A model generated the notes under the pieces. That model had not been told where the DNA came from and did not search any database. It was given only the letters and a program-made list of their open reading frames with translations. DNA of 64,000 nt from Balanoglossus misakiensis (Eukaryota; Animalia; Hemichordata), in assembly GCA_040954595.2 (NCBI GenBank), contig CM082585.2, forward strand, positions 7,975,353 to 8,039,352, written 5' to 3'. Shown piece by piece: positions 41,301 to 57,706 of this stretch (the stretch's first letter is position 1; every line of letters begins with the position of its first letter). Made by a program: the position numbers and the translations under genes.

Positions 41301-42781
41301 CTGACGGTGAATATTACACTTTCCAAGTCAAATCACAGTCCCCCTGTTATAGAAGGACTGTGGTCAAATAAATGCGTAAAAACAACAGGCGTGACAGGCT
41401 GTCACGTGACAAACGACTGTCCAATCAGCTACAGTCACACCGTCCCCTCCCTATCAGTTCAAATCACGTGACATAGGATGTGGACTCGAAAAACCGTGCG
41501 ACTCTACACAGGAATAAGGATTTCTAACCGAGGTATCGCCTTGAAAGCACGCAAGAAGCGAGAACATCCCAGCACCGACGCCGACTCAACACAGAGAGGT
41601 AGGTTAGAAAAAAAAATGCGAACCGGCGGAAGCGAATGTAGCTGAAAGATCCCATCTTAACATTTAAAATCGTCAAATATGAAATTATGCATACCAAAAT
41701 GATAATTGCAAGCTTCAAGTTAAAAAAAAAACTGCATTACTATAGAATTTGACTTTCACTTTAAGAATTATGTATCTTTGGAAGTGGGGTTTAATGCGAT
41801 AATTCACTGGGGCACTTCCGTGACTGTGTATTTTCAAAGGCAGATGGATTATGATTTGCTTTGAGAGCTCAAGAAGACACAAACTTCTGTGAGTTACACT
41901 GATGAAAAAAACCTTGCGCGGATCCAAGAAAGTTGTCAAATCATCATTATGTGAGCAGTGCCAAAATTTTCAGACTTCTATTCACTTTATAACGACCGTA
42001 AACAAGAGGACGCTGGGAAACGCCATAGCGATAAATCTATCTGAGAAAAAGATGTTTCCGTCTGGACGTAAATTGTGGGTGCGACACCCGTTTATTCCGA
42101 ACCCCCTGTTGCAAGAGTACACAACTATCACGGGGATTCGCAAATTAGAATCTTCATAAATTCAAAATGTTGTCGTATGTCAGCTGAGGATTCGAAGAAT
42201 ATGCTATATGTTAGAAAAGGCAGCTCACGGGGCTTTCGTTTCGAGATTCTACCGTGACTTTTTCAACAATCAGGCACGTTTCAGCCTGTCAGAAGATTCT
42301 GCCTACCGGTCGTCAACGGTCTCAGCTGTTGAATGTGTACATTCCAACCTGAGGCACGTACACGACGGAGACTTCAGACGACAAGGATTGTTGTTCCGAT
42401 TGCAGAAACTGGGATCAGAGAATAAAGAAATGCCTTTTGCCATTGAAATGTTATCACACTATCCTGTTGTGTGGTACCGCTGTATCAGAAATATTTCTCC
42501 CACATCTCAGCAGAAGCCCCTCACACATACTGTTATCCGTAGTTTGCAAGTATATGCCACGGGCTTATTTCTTACATAGCTGTCGTAGAATTTGGGTGTA
42601 CCTATGTAACGAGTGTGAGAGTCACGACCGACTCGTACACTACAGCACCCGTGGGACATAGGTAAACTGTATGTACCCCAGAAATGTTACCCACACCCCT
42701 GCAGGCCTATAGGTTGATAATGATAAATAAATTTGGCCTATTACATGAGGGTACATGTAGTTTGTTGTGTCTGCCTTGTTA

Positions 42782-43435
42782 CGATTGTACTACGAATGCA
42801 TAGAATTTAACTATCAGTGGTGGATGAACAATAAGGGTGTACGTCATTAACATAGCATTAGCTGTAGTAGCCGTACACCTGGGTATTTTGAATATTACGT
42901 AAGGGTTTTTGATTTTTGACTCTCTGCAACGGCAGTCAAGTGGCGTGAGCCGAACAGAAAACAGACAAGTAGCACTCGGCCATGAGCGACGGGGACTGGT
43001 ATCTTGTTATCCACGTGGGAGCTCGGTGTTGAAGTTCAGCACGTCGGGTATGTCCTGTTGGTTTGAATTCAGCGTTGCTCTCGGACTTAAAATGCATGTC
43101 TACGCCAGCAACTGTAAGTGAAGTGAACCTGTTAATTTCTTCTGTGAGGACTTCAGGAAAGAACTTTGTTAGAAAGCAGCACGCCCGCGTGAACCATCGT
43201 CGGGTTGGTGCAGAGAACTCACGGAACACTGAATTATCGCGTCCGCTCACCACGTGAGTAATATTACCGCGGAACTGATATAAGTTTCTTGAGGACATAC
43301 AATATTTGAGTAAGAACCCTAGTAACATTTAAGTTTCAGTGCTTGTACTATGAAATTATATTTCTTCCTGTGACAAATAGATTCGCAGTGAAACGTATAA
43401 CTTTGGGTGTTCAGTCTGGGTGTTTGTGTTGCGAG
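42782..43435. repeat. ~650-bp duplicated non-coding block, copy 1
   Basis: Near-identical direct repeat of 47346-47997, with scattered substitutions and two ~20-bp indels. Confidence 0.95.
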
Positions 43436-45714
43436 TTTTATGTTTTTTGAAGGTCTCCAGAATGGTGTCAATGAATTATCCTTTGCAAACAACTTGTGAC
43501 ACGGCGCGAGTATACTGTTAACCAACATGCACATGATCAGATAGAAGGCGCCCCGGGGACAGATTTTCAGAAAAAAACGATAGTTATCCAAACCCTTCAA
43601 TTTTTTGCTATATTAAAGTGTTTGAGGAGTCTTTTTGTATATAAAGAGGGAAAAGGGTGTCCACCACGGGTGTCTTGGTTTTTTTTTTATAGAAAAATCC
43701 AAACTTTCAATTTTCTCCATGAATATTTTAACTCGCAGATTGGCGGTCGTTTGAATTTTAAATCCGAGAATTTGCTCTCATTCATAATTTTGCAGGGTGA
43801 GCCCCAATGGTTAATCTCAATTTATAATCTAAAGTTGTCTGGGGCAAAGATTTTTTTAAGACTGGTTTTTGATGCGCTAAAGATAGTGTTTACTGCTACT
43901 GCTATCACTTGAGGCGTACAGGACACTGCCTCGACGATGCCCGGAGAGGCCAATACGAAGTCAATGAACTGCCAGAAGGTAATAGAACAATGGAGGTACC
44001 CGAAACCCACTTCTTTTTCATTTCTTTTCCACCAGTATCAAAAGCAAAATAGGTAATATTACGTGCTCGATATTAACATTGTCATTGCTCGCTTAGAAAT
44101 GTTCTTTCGCCAGAACTTCGTGTTTTAAAACGAGCGAGACAGCCGCAAGACATTTCTAGTAACATTGTTACCTCGTGTTCTTTGAAGATGTCGATCTCCC
44201 CAAGAATTGGTTTGATAAACCCTGTAACCATCTTCTCTTGCTTACTTGCTTCCATGATCGAATAGTTAAAACATCGGTCACCCGTATAAGGAGAAGTTAG
44301 CTTTTCTATATGTTTTTATGAAGTAGCTCATGATTCGCCAGATTTAGTGCGGATGGCGTAGTTGCTATGGTACATCGGTGACAAAACCGGAAACAATACA
44401 CCAGGTGTAGTCGGACGACCGGGATGATAGATGGACGGATGGTGGGTTGGTGTCTGGTTAGGTGGGGATTGGATGGTTGGACGGAGGGGTGGACGGAAAG
44501 GGTGGGTGAACCGATAGGTACGGTGGATAGTGGGTGTGTGTGTCTGGTTGATTGGGTGGTGGGCGATTGGCCGTCCGGGCGCACGCGCAGGTAGATTAAC
44601 ATACTGTATACATGATATATCCATCAACCCATCATTTAAGTAACCAGGCACTTCATATTTTGAGACATCTCTCTATCAACATTAGAACCTTTGAAAAGAT
44701 CTAACCACTCTACCTTCAGGGAGTTCCTGTCTCAAACTCACTAGCTTTTGTGCCAATAAGCTGTGTCTCTCTCGAAAGCAAAATCCATGAATCGCAAGCT
44801 CTACAATATCTCGGGAGATGTGGAGTAAAAAAAATAATCCGGCCCGGCGAAGTTTCGCGGGATGAAAATATTCCATTGAAATGAGAACAAAGCATTCTTT
44901 CCGACCGAACGTGCCTCGTGGTGAAATGATCTTACCAGAGAATCTATTAAATATTTAGTGGACCCGTTGAATGCACACCGTGATCCAAAGAAAATAATAA
45001 TTATACACTTCATGCGAAAACAGAATTTCCGGGAGCACGCGGTGCGCGTGAACGCGTATTCTTCAAGTGTCAATTGAAGTCGGCGGCGTGTTGTTGGCCG
45101 CTATATAGGTCACATATTCCACAATTTCATAAAGAAAAGCCAATAGTCAATGTTATGCCCAGGGAGAATAGGGCGTTCCGGAAGCCATTTCTTTTCCAAT
45201 GTTTCCACCAACAAAAAACAACATCCCACCCACACAAGAAGGGAAACATCACAACACGTTCGCAAACGCTCTTTCTCTGGAATCTATATTTCAAAGTTCC
45301 ATTAGCTGTAACCTTTAGCTATGTTTTCAGTATGTTTGTGTGTATCTACCTTGGTTTCTTGTTCAAATCCACGAACCATGATGAAATGCCCAATATATAG
45401 TCTACAAACCAAAACCTATAAGTATATAGTCAGCATTGTTATTGTGCAAAATTTGTATTCTAGTCCGGACTAGAATTTAAAAGTTTGTCATCAATAACGA
45501 TGGCATTTACACACATACAGGCTACGTTGACAGGTGGAGTACTGAGTGTATTAGTATGTTGTTTGGAGTAGAACAAGAAATTGCATTTGGTACACAGAGC
45601 AAAAATACTGGAAATAAAGCCAAAAGTCACTGCTGATGTCTATTTAGTTAAGTTTTTCTTACAGCGTGTCTCGCTGTACTTTCAGATACTTCCGAAAGGA
45701 ACGCCAACGCCAAG

Positions 45715-46740
45715 ATGGTCTCGAATGTGACCTCCACGTACACCGACGACCAATCGAAAGACCAGTGGCAGCACAACAGCAACTACGAAAACGCCATCCG
45801 AATCTTGATAACGGCGGTCGGTTTCACCGGCATCGTCAACAACTCGCTCGTCTTCGTCGTCGCTTGCCGCGTCCGGAATCTGCGGTCGCTGTCGAACTTC
45901 TACGTCGTCAGCCAAGCGGCGATCGACTTCGTGTGCGCCTCGGTCGTCTTCTTCTTGCACTTGGTCCCCATCCCGACGGTCCCGCCGGGCGCAGCCGGGG
46001 AGCTGCTCTGCCGCCTCTGGCAGTCCAGGTTTCTCATGTGGGCCAGCTTCAACGCGTCGACGTACAACTTGGTGGCGCTCACCCTCGAGCGCTACTTCGC
46101 CGTGGTCTATCCCCTCAAGTACGTGGCCGTGTTCACCTTCAAGAAAGCCGCCGTCATACTGGTCATCGCCTGGGCGCTGGCGTACGCCTTTACTTCATAC
46201 ACGATAGCCCTGATAGAGCTGCGGGGCGACCACTGCGCGCGTACCAGCCTCGGGACTGCGTCGCACATGATCCTCGGCGCTGCCGCCTTCGTTTTTCAGT
46301 ACCTCATACCGATGTGCGTCATGATGTTTGCCTACATTCACATAGGCATCAACCTGAAAGCGTCGGTTTCACTGCCAATGCCACCCAAACCCTTCTCGAC
46401 TACTGCTGGCCAGACTGGGCAGACCTCCCAGGCTCGCGAGCAAGACCCCTCGCTTTTGAAGGCGCGCCGAAACGTCTACAAGACGTTCTGCCTGGTCTTT
46501 GCCGCGTTTGTCGTCTGCTTCACACCCAACCAAGTACTTTTCTTGCTGTACAACCTAAACGCCGGGCTGAAATTCAACGAAAGGCTGACGAATTTCACCA
46601 TCATATGCGTCTACTGCAACTGCGCCGTCAACCCTGTAATCTATGCGCTGAAGTACAAGCAGTTCCGAGCTGGTCTGAAAAAGACATTTTGCTGCAAAAA
46701 TGAAGTCGCTGCAGAATCGACCGCTGTGTCCTATCCCTAG
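45715..46740 (+). CDS. Class A (rhodopsin-like) GPCR, intronless, peptide-receptor-like orphan
   Basis: Seven hydrophobic segments with TM1 GIVNN, TM3 LTLERY, TM4 W, TM5 P, TM6 CFTP, TM7 NPVIY and helix 8 KQFRAGL..CC; N-glycosylation sites in the N-terminus. Confidence 0.95.
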   Translation: MVSNVTSTYTDDQSKDQWQHNSNYENAIRILITAVGFTGIVNNSLVFVVACRVRNLRSLSNFYVVSQAAIDFVCASVVFFLHLVPIPTVPPGAAGELLCRLWQSRFLMWASFNASTYNLVALTLERYFAVVYPLKYVAVFTFKKAAVILVIAWALAYAFTSYTIALIELRGDHCARTSLGTASHMILGAAAFVFQYLIPMCVMMFAYIHIGINLKASVSLPMPPKPFSTTAGQTGQTSQAREQDPSLLKARRNVYKTFCLVFAAFVVCFTPNQVLFLLYNLNAGLKFNERLTNFTIICVYCNCAVNPVIYALKYKQFRAGLKKTFCCKNEVAAESTAVSYP

Positions 46741-47112
46741 TGACAAATATCGCCACCAACAGGTGGGCAGTACGCGCCCCGGGGACATATTTTCAGAAAA
46801 TGACAATCACACAAACTTTCTCTTTAATTCTTACATCAAATTTGCATTCATTATTGAGTAAGTCAGTTAGCAATACACGTACTCGCATGTAATTGCGCTC
46901 ACTTACCATGATATCATAATGTAATGCCAAATTAATCTAAAATCGACAACAGGCGCTCTGAATATTCTTATTCGCCTGGATATGATTATAGCTTGAGATA
47001 ATTCTCATTTAAAATTTTAAATTTATATTTATGAACATGCTAGAACTGTCACAGTCCTTTGTGCATGTTACCGAAAAGTGAAAATGGATTTAGCTATGGT
47101 TGTTCTCCTGGT

Positions 47113-47186
47113 AAGATATTGTCGTCACCTAACAGACTGAGAGATATTTTCGTCACCTAACAGAGATATTGTCGTCACCTAACAGA
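47113..47186. repeat. Short tandem repeat (three copies of AGATATTGTCGTCACCTAACAG)
   Basis: Three copies of a ~22-nt unit are read directly from the sequence. Confidence 0.85.
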
Positions 47187-47345
47187 GAAACTCTTCTACA
47201 TATTTTCTTTCATTATTAAAGTATACTAATTGTACTATTTATGAATGTAAACGAGTTGAAATGGGTAAATAAAGAATTATATAATAATTTCACGATGGAA
47301 AGAAAACTTGAGTTTGCCTCTCAAGGCGGAGGTTTTCTGTTCTGT

Positions 47346-47997
47346 CGATTGTACTACGAATGCATAGAATTTAAATATCAGTGGTGGATGAACAATAAGG
47401 GTGTACGTCATTAACATAGCGTTAGCTGTAGTAGCCGTACACCTGGGTATTTTGAATATTACGTAAGGGTTTTTTGATGTTTGACTCTCGGCAACGGCAG
47501 TCAAGTGGCGTGAGCCGAACAGAAAACAGACAAGTAGCACTCGGCCATGAGCGACGGGGACTGGTATCTCGTAATCCACGTGGGAGCGCGGTGTTGAAGT
47601 TCAGCACGTCGGTATGTCCTGTTGGTTTGAATTCAGCATGTCTACGCCAGCAACTGTAAGTGAAGTGAACCTGTTAATTTCTTCTGAGAGGACTTCAGGA
47701 AAGAACTTTGTGAGAAAGCAGCACGCCAGCGTGAACCATCGTCGGGTCGGTGCGGAGAACTCACGGAACACTGAATTATCGCGTCCGCTCACCACGTGTG
47801 TAATATTACCGCGGAACTGATACAAGTTTCTTGAGGACATTACAATATTTGAGTAAGAACCCTATTAACATTTAAGTTTCAGTGCTTGTACTATGATATT
47901 ATGTTTCTTCCTGTTACAAATAGATTCGCAGTGAAACGTATAACTTTGGGCGTTCAGTGTATCATTGTTGTTGCTGTCTGGGTGTTTGTGTTGCGAG
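47346..47997. repeat. ~650-bp duplicated non-coding block, copy 2
   Basis: Direct repeat of 42782-43435. Confidence 0.95.
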
Positions 47998-49723
47998 ATT
48001 TTGGTTCGTAAGAGGGCGAACTGCACTGTTACCCATCTTGATCATCTTTACGGATGCTTTTGCGTAATAGATGTAGGTATTCCCCGGGGTAGGTCGTGGG
48101 GGGGGGGGGGGCAAATGTAAATTACATATAATAGCCAACTACTTTTTAAGGGATACATGATATATATTTACCGAAAGTGTGCTCTTTTGAATGATTATTT
48201 TGTATTCAAAAAAACCCAGTCCATTACCTTGAATACAGGATAATCTAAACTTGCTATGGGCGATAAAGAGAAGAGCATATGTTTTACACTTCGATTTCCG
48301 CCGAGGCGCATACTACCTCCATCCTCTTAATAATTCAAAACGTGTGCATTGATTTCTTCTTAATGCCATCTTAACGTCCATTTGGCTTAGCCAAAATATC
48401 AGGAAAAGGGCAAAAAGTGTTTCAATGTCACGTCGATCTTTGATGACGTACTCCGGAGAGCCAGTATTATTCGAAAGTACGTTATACCCAGGGCTACTGA
48501 CGAGATTAAAATATGCTTCCTCTACTTGAAAATGTTACTGCTCAATTATAGAGAATGTGAACTCATACGTCTGGCTCGTGCTATTATTTGAGCAGCACAC
48601 GGTCTCTTGGTGTCATCATAATGTCATTCGTGCAAATAATTCATGAGATGAAAATTCTAAGAACAATAAGCCTTCGCCGAAAAGCTAAATGCATTGTAAT
48701 TAGCCTAAATTGAACGGAGCTGAAAACAGACCATCAGGTGTGTTATGCACGGTAGAGTATGATATTTTCGTGTGCTATATGTGGCTTTCGCCGTTTTTTA
48801 TCGAATGAATGGATATTATCTGGGTCGTGATTTTCCATGTTCCCACTGAAGCAAAGACAACCGTGCTGTGTGACGTCATATTCTCCCGAATATGTACTTG
48901 TTTTTTTTTTCGGAAGTTTGCGAGAAAGTGTCGGTAGGTGCGATAGGGTAGTGGTGCTGTTGGATCACGGCGAAGTCGTTAAGTTTGCAGTTCATCAACC
49001 GCCCTTTTTCAAACCACAAGGTCAAGAAGACGAACATAAAAACCACGCCGTCTCACTGAAGGCCTTATATGTTAAACTCCCGCGGCACTCGGCGGTTGTT
49101 GCCGAACCTGGAAAGTTCCCCCCTTTTAGTGTACGTCGGCACTCCGCTCCCCCCCCCGACAATTACGGATTTGTGATTTTATTCATACTGATTAAATATC
49201 TCGGGGTCTTCTTGTTCAAAAGCGGTTTCCCTTTATAAGTCGCACGATATGCTGGCTGTTATCCGTGCATCACAAGATGGTGTCACTAATTAAAATAAGT
49301 TGTATGATGACCGGAATATGAATATGTGCTGCCTTTTTATTGGATGACGACGTGGTTGTTTAGATGGAGAGTTTGAATATTTAAAAAAAAAATCTTTATT
49401 TTTCTGCAGAGCAAGATCTGACATTTCACAAGGAACGTTTACCGCGAAAAGAGGTAAGTCTTCTGAAATACATAAACCAGGTTTTTTAGTCATTTTTATC
49501 GCCCCCCTCAATGTAAACCGTTGGTAAATGTTGTGATCTTTCATGATATTCAGGTGCTGTCGCCGGCTGATTTGTTTTGTTATTTGTCGAGGGTAAAAGA
49601 TTTTCTGAAATCTTCCTAGGGTAGAACAAGAAACCGGAGCTGATACATAGGCTAAAAATGTACTAGGGCTTTGAGTCTTTTCTTATATTTTGTTTGTTTG
49701 TTTGTAATCCCCATTTCTCGGCA

Positions 49724-50731
49724 ATGAAGTCGGAGGCAGTCATGCTTTCTTCCAACAACTCGACGTCAAGCTTTGGTTCGGCCGAACAGAGTCTTGTGAA
49801 AAACACCAACTACGAACGCACGATCCAAATACTGATAATTACCGTCGGCTTCATCGGTGTCGTCAACAACGGTCTTGTGTTCGTTGTCGTCCACCGGGTA
49901 CGGGCTCTGCGGACGCTCTCCAATTTCTTCGTGGTCAGCCAAGCCGCCATCGACCTCATCTCCTCCGTTGTGATCGTCTTGGTTCACCTGATACCAGTCG
50001 ACGACGTCCCGCGCGGCACCGCTGGCGAGCTCCTCTGCCGCGTCTGGGTGTCCCGGGTCCTGATGTGGGGCAGTCTGTACGCGTCCACCTACAACCTCCT
50101 CGTTCTCACTCTCGACCGTTACTTCGCCATCCTGCACCCTTTGAGGTACGTTGCGTTCTTCGACAAAACTAAAGCCGCGATCACGGTGACGATCACCTGG
50201 GCAGTCACCTACTGTTACAGTTTTTACGCCACGGCTTTGGTCGTCCTGGGAGACGGTTACTGCGAGCGTGCCAGTCTGGGGCTGACTCGCCAGAGGGTGC
50301 TGGGGGTGGCGACTTTCTCGATTAACTACCTACTGCCGGTGTTCGTGATGTCCTTCGCGTACATCCGTATAGGTATGGGGCTGAAAGACACAGGTGTGGC
50401 GCCCGCCCCTCAGGTAGGCAGCGGCGGTCTGGACACCTCCATGTTCAGAGCCCGCCTGAACATTTACAAGACCCTATGCGTTGTCTTTTCGGCGTTCGTC
50501 GTCTGCTGGACGCCGATCCAGGTTCTCTTCTTGATGTACAACTTGAACGCCAGCCGTTTCTACGACGCCAGGCTGACGAACTTCAGCGTGGTGTTGGTCT
50601 ACTGTAACTGCACCGTCAACCCGATCATCTACGGTCTGAAACACCGCCAGTTTCGAGCCGGTTTGAAGCTGACGTTCTGCGGCAAGAACGGCGTCAGCCC
50701 CGACGGCACAACGACCAACCAACAGCCCTAA
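49724..50731 (+). CDS. Class A GPCR, intronless, tandem paralog of 45715-46740 (start may be ATG 49742)
   Basis: GVVNN, LTLDRY, CWTP and NPIIY motifs. Shares NYE..I.ILI..VGF.G.VNN, LSNF.VVSQAAID, AGELLCR and QFRAGLK with the upstream GPCR. Confidence 0.95.
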   Translation: MKSEAVMLSSNNSTSSFGSAEQSLVKNTNYERTIQILIITVGFIGVVNNGLVFVVVHRVRALRTLSNFFVVSQAAIDLISSVVIVLVHLIPVDDVPRGTAGELLCRVWVSRVLMWGSLYASTYNLLVLTLDRYFAILHPLRYVAFFDKTKAAITVTITWAVTYCYSFYATALVVLGDGYCERASLGLTRQRVLGVATFSINYLLPVFVMSFAYIRIGMGLKDTGVAPAPQVGSGGLDTSMFRARLNIYKTLCVVFSAFVVCWTPIQVLFLMYNLNASRFYDARLTNFSVVLVYCNCTVNPIIYGLKHRQFRAGLKLTFCGKNGVSPDGTTTNQQP

Positions 50732-51461
50732 ATACCCTTCCTTTCCACATGTTCCACGGTCACTCAGATACCATACTTTCTTGCGTCAGACACTTAGATA
50801 AAAAAAAAAGTAGGAATTTTTGTGTTTGAGCACCAGCAGTGTTTCCGCATACAGAAGTTCCATCGCTTGTTCACTTTTAATGTCGGGTAATTTTGATGCT
50901 TTTCTTATATCTTTCATAAAGACGGGTATGAATTTTTCCATTCACAAAAAGACCATAACCTTGTATTGATAAAAACACATGAACATTGTGGCTTTTTCAG
51001 ACGAATTTTGTAGTGACTGTAATAGTAATTTATTAGATTGATGCATGGCTGAATATGAACGGTATGTGACACAATAGCTGGAAATGGTATTCTATTATCG
51101 GCTTATTAATTTTAGTATCCTTAACAATGGTTGTGCTTTTTACGTGGTAATTTTAATGTAAAAGTATGTTGCCATGGTAATGCTAGTGGTGGTGGTTCAA
51201 TAATTCGTCTTTAAAAATTCGTGGTTTATTCACAACAGAAAAATGATTCTGTGCCTTTTGTATTACATTTCACAAAGTGCACGTTCACACAAACATTAAA
51301 TAAATGTTAAGTTTTAGTATACACGCACACAGATTATTTTGGGGGAGGTTCTCTTGTCAATAAAAACTTTCAAATGAACACCAAGACAGTTCTAAATTCA
51401 AGTTCAAGTTCACTGTACGGGTCGTACTGTATCGCCATTGTCTCAAGACAGAAGACACCAG

Positions 51462-53136
51462 CTATATTCTGTTGGATAGCCTCTGTAGTAACGATAGAAG
51501 TTGAGGGGCCACGATAAATCTTCCATTCTCCACTGCCGGATTCTGGCATTCGTTCACTAAATTTTGCAACTCCACTTTCTCTTTGACGGAATCCGGAATG
51601 TCTAGTAAAAGTCCAGAAGGTACTCCTCGGACCGTTGCGTCGCTTCCTGTAAGACAATGAATTCCAGAAAAAAATTAAAAACCCATATTTGTTGACGTGG
51701 GTTTTAGGGGCATATGCAATGCTCAGACAACTTTTCGTTTCCTTGCACAGACTGAATGGCTATGGGTCTTTCAAAGTCTCTTACCAAGCAAACCATGGCA
51801 CACCGCATAGTAGTTGTGATCAGCTTCCAGGTGAGTGCACAGATCATTGGGACTGAAAGACAAACAGTTCGGACTATCTGGGCACTCGTCGTGATGGCTC
51901 TGTAGCTTCTCATCCCAGTCTGGTGGGTGCTCTGTCAAAATTAAAGGGACATTGTTATCGTTGGTTAAGTTAGATCTCTCTAACGGAAATGGGGTTGAAA
52001 GGGTTAAAGTTCACAGTACTTGCCTTCTCTGATTTTCTTCTTGTCGACCACTATCACATTCTCCAGGTCGATAAGTCTTACTTGACCACCTTCGCTGACG
52101 GCAAAGTTATCAAAGATGACGTCGGTCATGTACAGTGCGTAGTCCTCCTCGTTGTTGCTGAGCTGGTGTGCCATAGCAAAGACTTGGTAGGCTAAGTCGA
52201 CCCGGACGGACCAGGATGCCTCGAGGTAGGACAGAAGTGACTCCCCAATGTCTTCCATAATGACAAACCGTCCACAGGCTCCCAAGTAGGATGGAAACGG
52301 CCAGCCCTCTGATGCAGGAAATGTCTGCGGATACAATGGAGAAAACGTCATACTGTAGGCGAAAGTTACATCTTTAGTTCATCTTATAAATGTACCCACT
52401 CAGTATAAAGCACAATACAATGTACTTGGATTTTTTTCTATTGCAAACTGATACACACTCCTCAATGCTAACTTGCCTGTGCTAATATAGGTTCTGGGTT
52501 GAACGATAAAGTCAACATGAACATCATTTTGTTTTCCAAGGACATAGGCCCTGTCGAATGACCCAGACTCTTTTTGTGTGCTGACCATATTTTGTCCAGG
52601 AGCCTCTGTGATGGACAACGCACAATGTCTGACAGGCCCCGAACAATCTCAACTGATAGGCCATCCTGTCTGTTCAGTTTTGTGTGCTGCGATTTGTACA
52701 CTGCTGTGGGCACCTTGCAGTCTTCGCCAAACCCTGCGCTTTCACATATTGCAGCATCGGTCTCTTTCCATTCCGAGTTATGACCGAGGCGTTTCAAAAC
52801 CACGTCTCTGCCGCGGTACTTGGCCTGGTAGACGTTCTTTATGTTGACGAGATCGAACATGCGGACTCTGGAGAAGGAGACGAACTCGACTTGCCCCTTG
52901 CCGATGTCTCCACACAGCGTTGTTCCGAGACAAGCAGGGCACATGTCGGCCCCGTTGAATCTCGGGTCCTCCAAGTGGCTTGTAAATAACTGGCTTTTAA
53001 GAAAGTATTTCACAAATATGTGATAGTACATGAAAATTCCCAAACACACAAAACATATCACAACGGCTTTCTGTCGTCTGCCCCATCGTAGAAACATTTG
53101 AGTCGATATGGGTCTGCGGAGACTTGGTTGAAACAT
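51462..53136 (-). CDS. DIPK2A: Divergent protein kinase domain 2A (C3orf58/DIA1/HASF)
   Basis: Exons 53136-52477 (signal anchor; CPACLGTTLC; VVLKRLGH; RCPSQRLLD; NPEPILAQ), 52324-52024 (TFPASEGWPFPSYLGACGR; YMTDVIFDNFAV; LIDLENVIVVDK), 51931-51785 (CLSFS..LC..DHNYYAVC) and 51646-51462. Introns 1 and 2 use GC donors. Confidence 0.95.
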
Positions 53137-54131
53137 GATACTTGACGCTTTATTTCACCGACTTGCAGGAGATGTAAAATATGTTGGTGTCACAATCACG
53201 ATTTGGACCCTTGCCAACCGTTCACTTTCACATTCAACTTGACAGTAGGAACCTGTCGATGTCAGTTGTCACAGCGAGTGTGAATCTAACGCCAGGCCAC
53301 ATTCCCTCTGGCGTTAACTGGTCAATTGTGACTTCTCGACAGACTTACATATACACAGTCAAATAACCCGGCGTGAAAATTCACGAAGAACTGGAAAGGG
53401 CCATACATTCCGATCGTACCCTCTCCAACTTCCGCGTTTATGTTTATCTCTGACAGGGGGCAGCCATCTTGTATCGCGCAGTGTCTTATGGGACGCTTTC
53501 CTAGCAACTAGCCCTCTAGCGACGAACCTTTCACTACCTCAATGACATTTTTTAGAAAACGAAAGTAATTTCAACCTTTGGTATAAGAGAAATCACCTCT
53601 TCAAAATTTGCTCTGTCTTCTTCTTATTGTTAGTTAGTTAGTTAGTGTGTGTGTTATGCTGAAAACACATAAAAATCATATCTAACAGGAATCCAAAACT
53701 TCGCGGGCTTTTCTTGTAATAAACCCACTTTTTATCATGGCATGTTGTGCACGTGTTAGAAATACCACAGGACCATTAGTAATACCGTGCGCGTAAGACG
53801 GACAGTCAAGTTTGGGGTCAAGTTGAGATACTTCTGAAACAGTCGAAGTCGACCCCGGGAATAATCCTTAAGTAACATATTATATGTTTTGGCTAGACAC
53901 TCAAATATGTATGAAATGAGATTTAGTACAAAAGGTACAATATACCTTTATATATCGTATATACATATGTAAATATTGGCATAGGCCTGCCACAGTCTGT
54001 GTGATTCATACACGTACACCATTGAATGTGATATAGCGTCCCGGTTCGTTAAAATTTGACTAGTCGATGACGACCGCCGCACCCCTACGAACGTCCATTG
54101 CTCCCGAGAAATCGCTGCTTCATAACACAAG

Positions 54132-57706
<3,575 letters not shown>

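Noticed and set aside
42909-43328. ORFs within the duplicated 650-bp block
   Set aside because: A 22-bp indel between the two copies breaks the frames and no protein motif is evident.
47113-47186. Three ~22-nt direct repeats as a mini-CRISPR
   Set aside because: The units are essentially adjacent with no unique spacers and no cas genes; this is an ordinary minisatellite.
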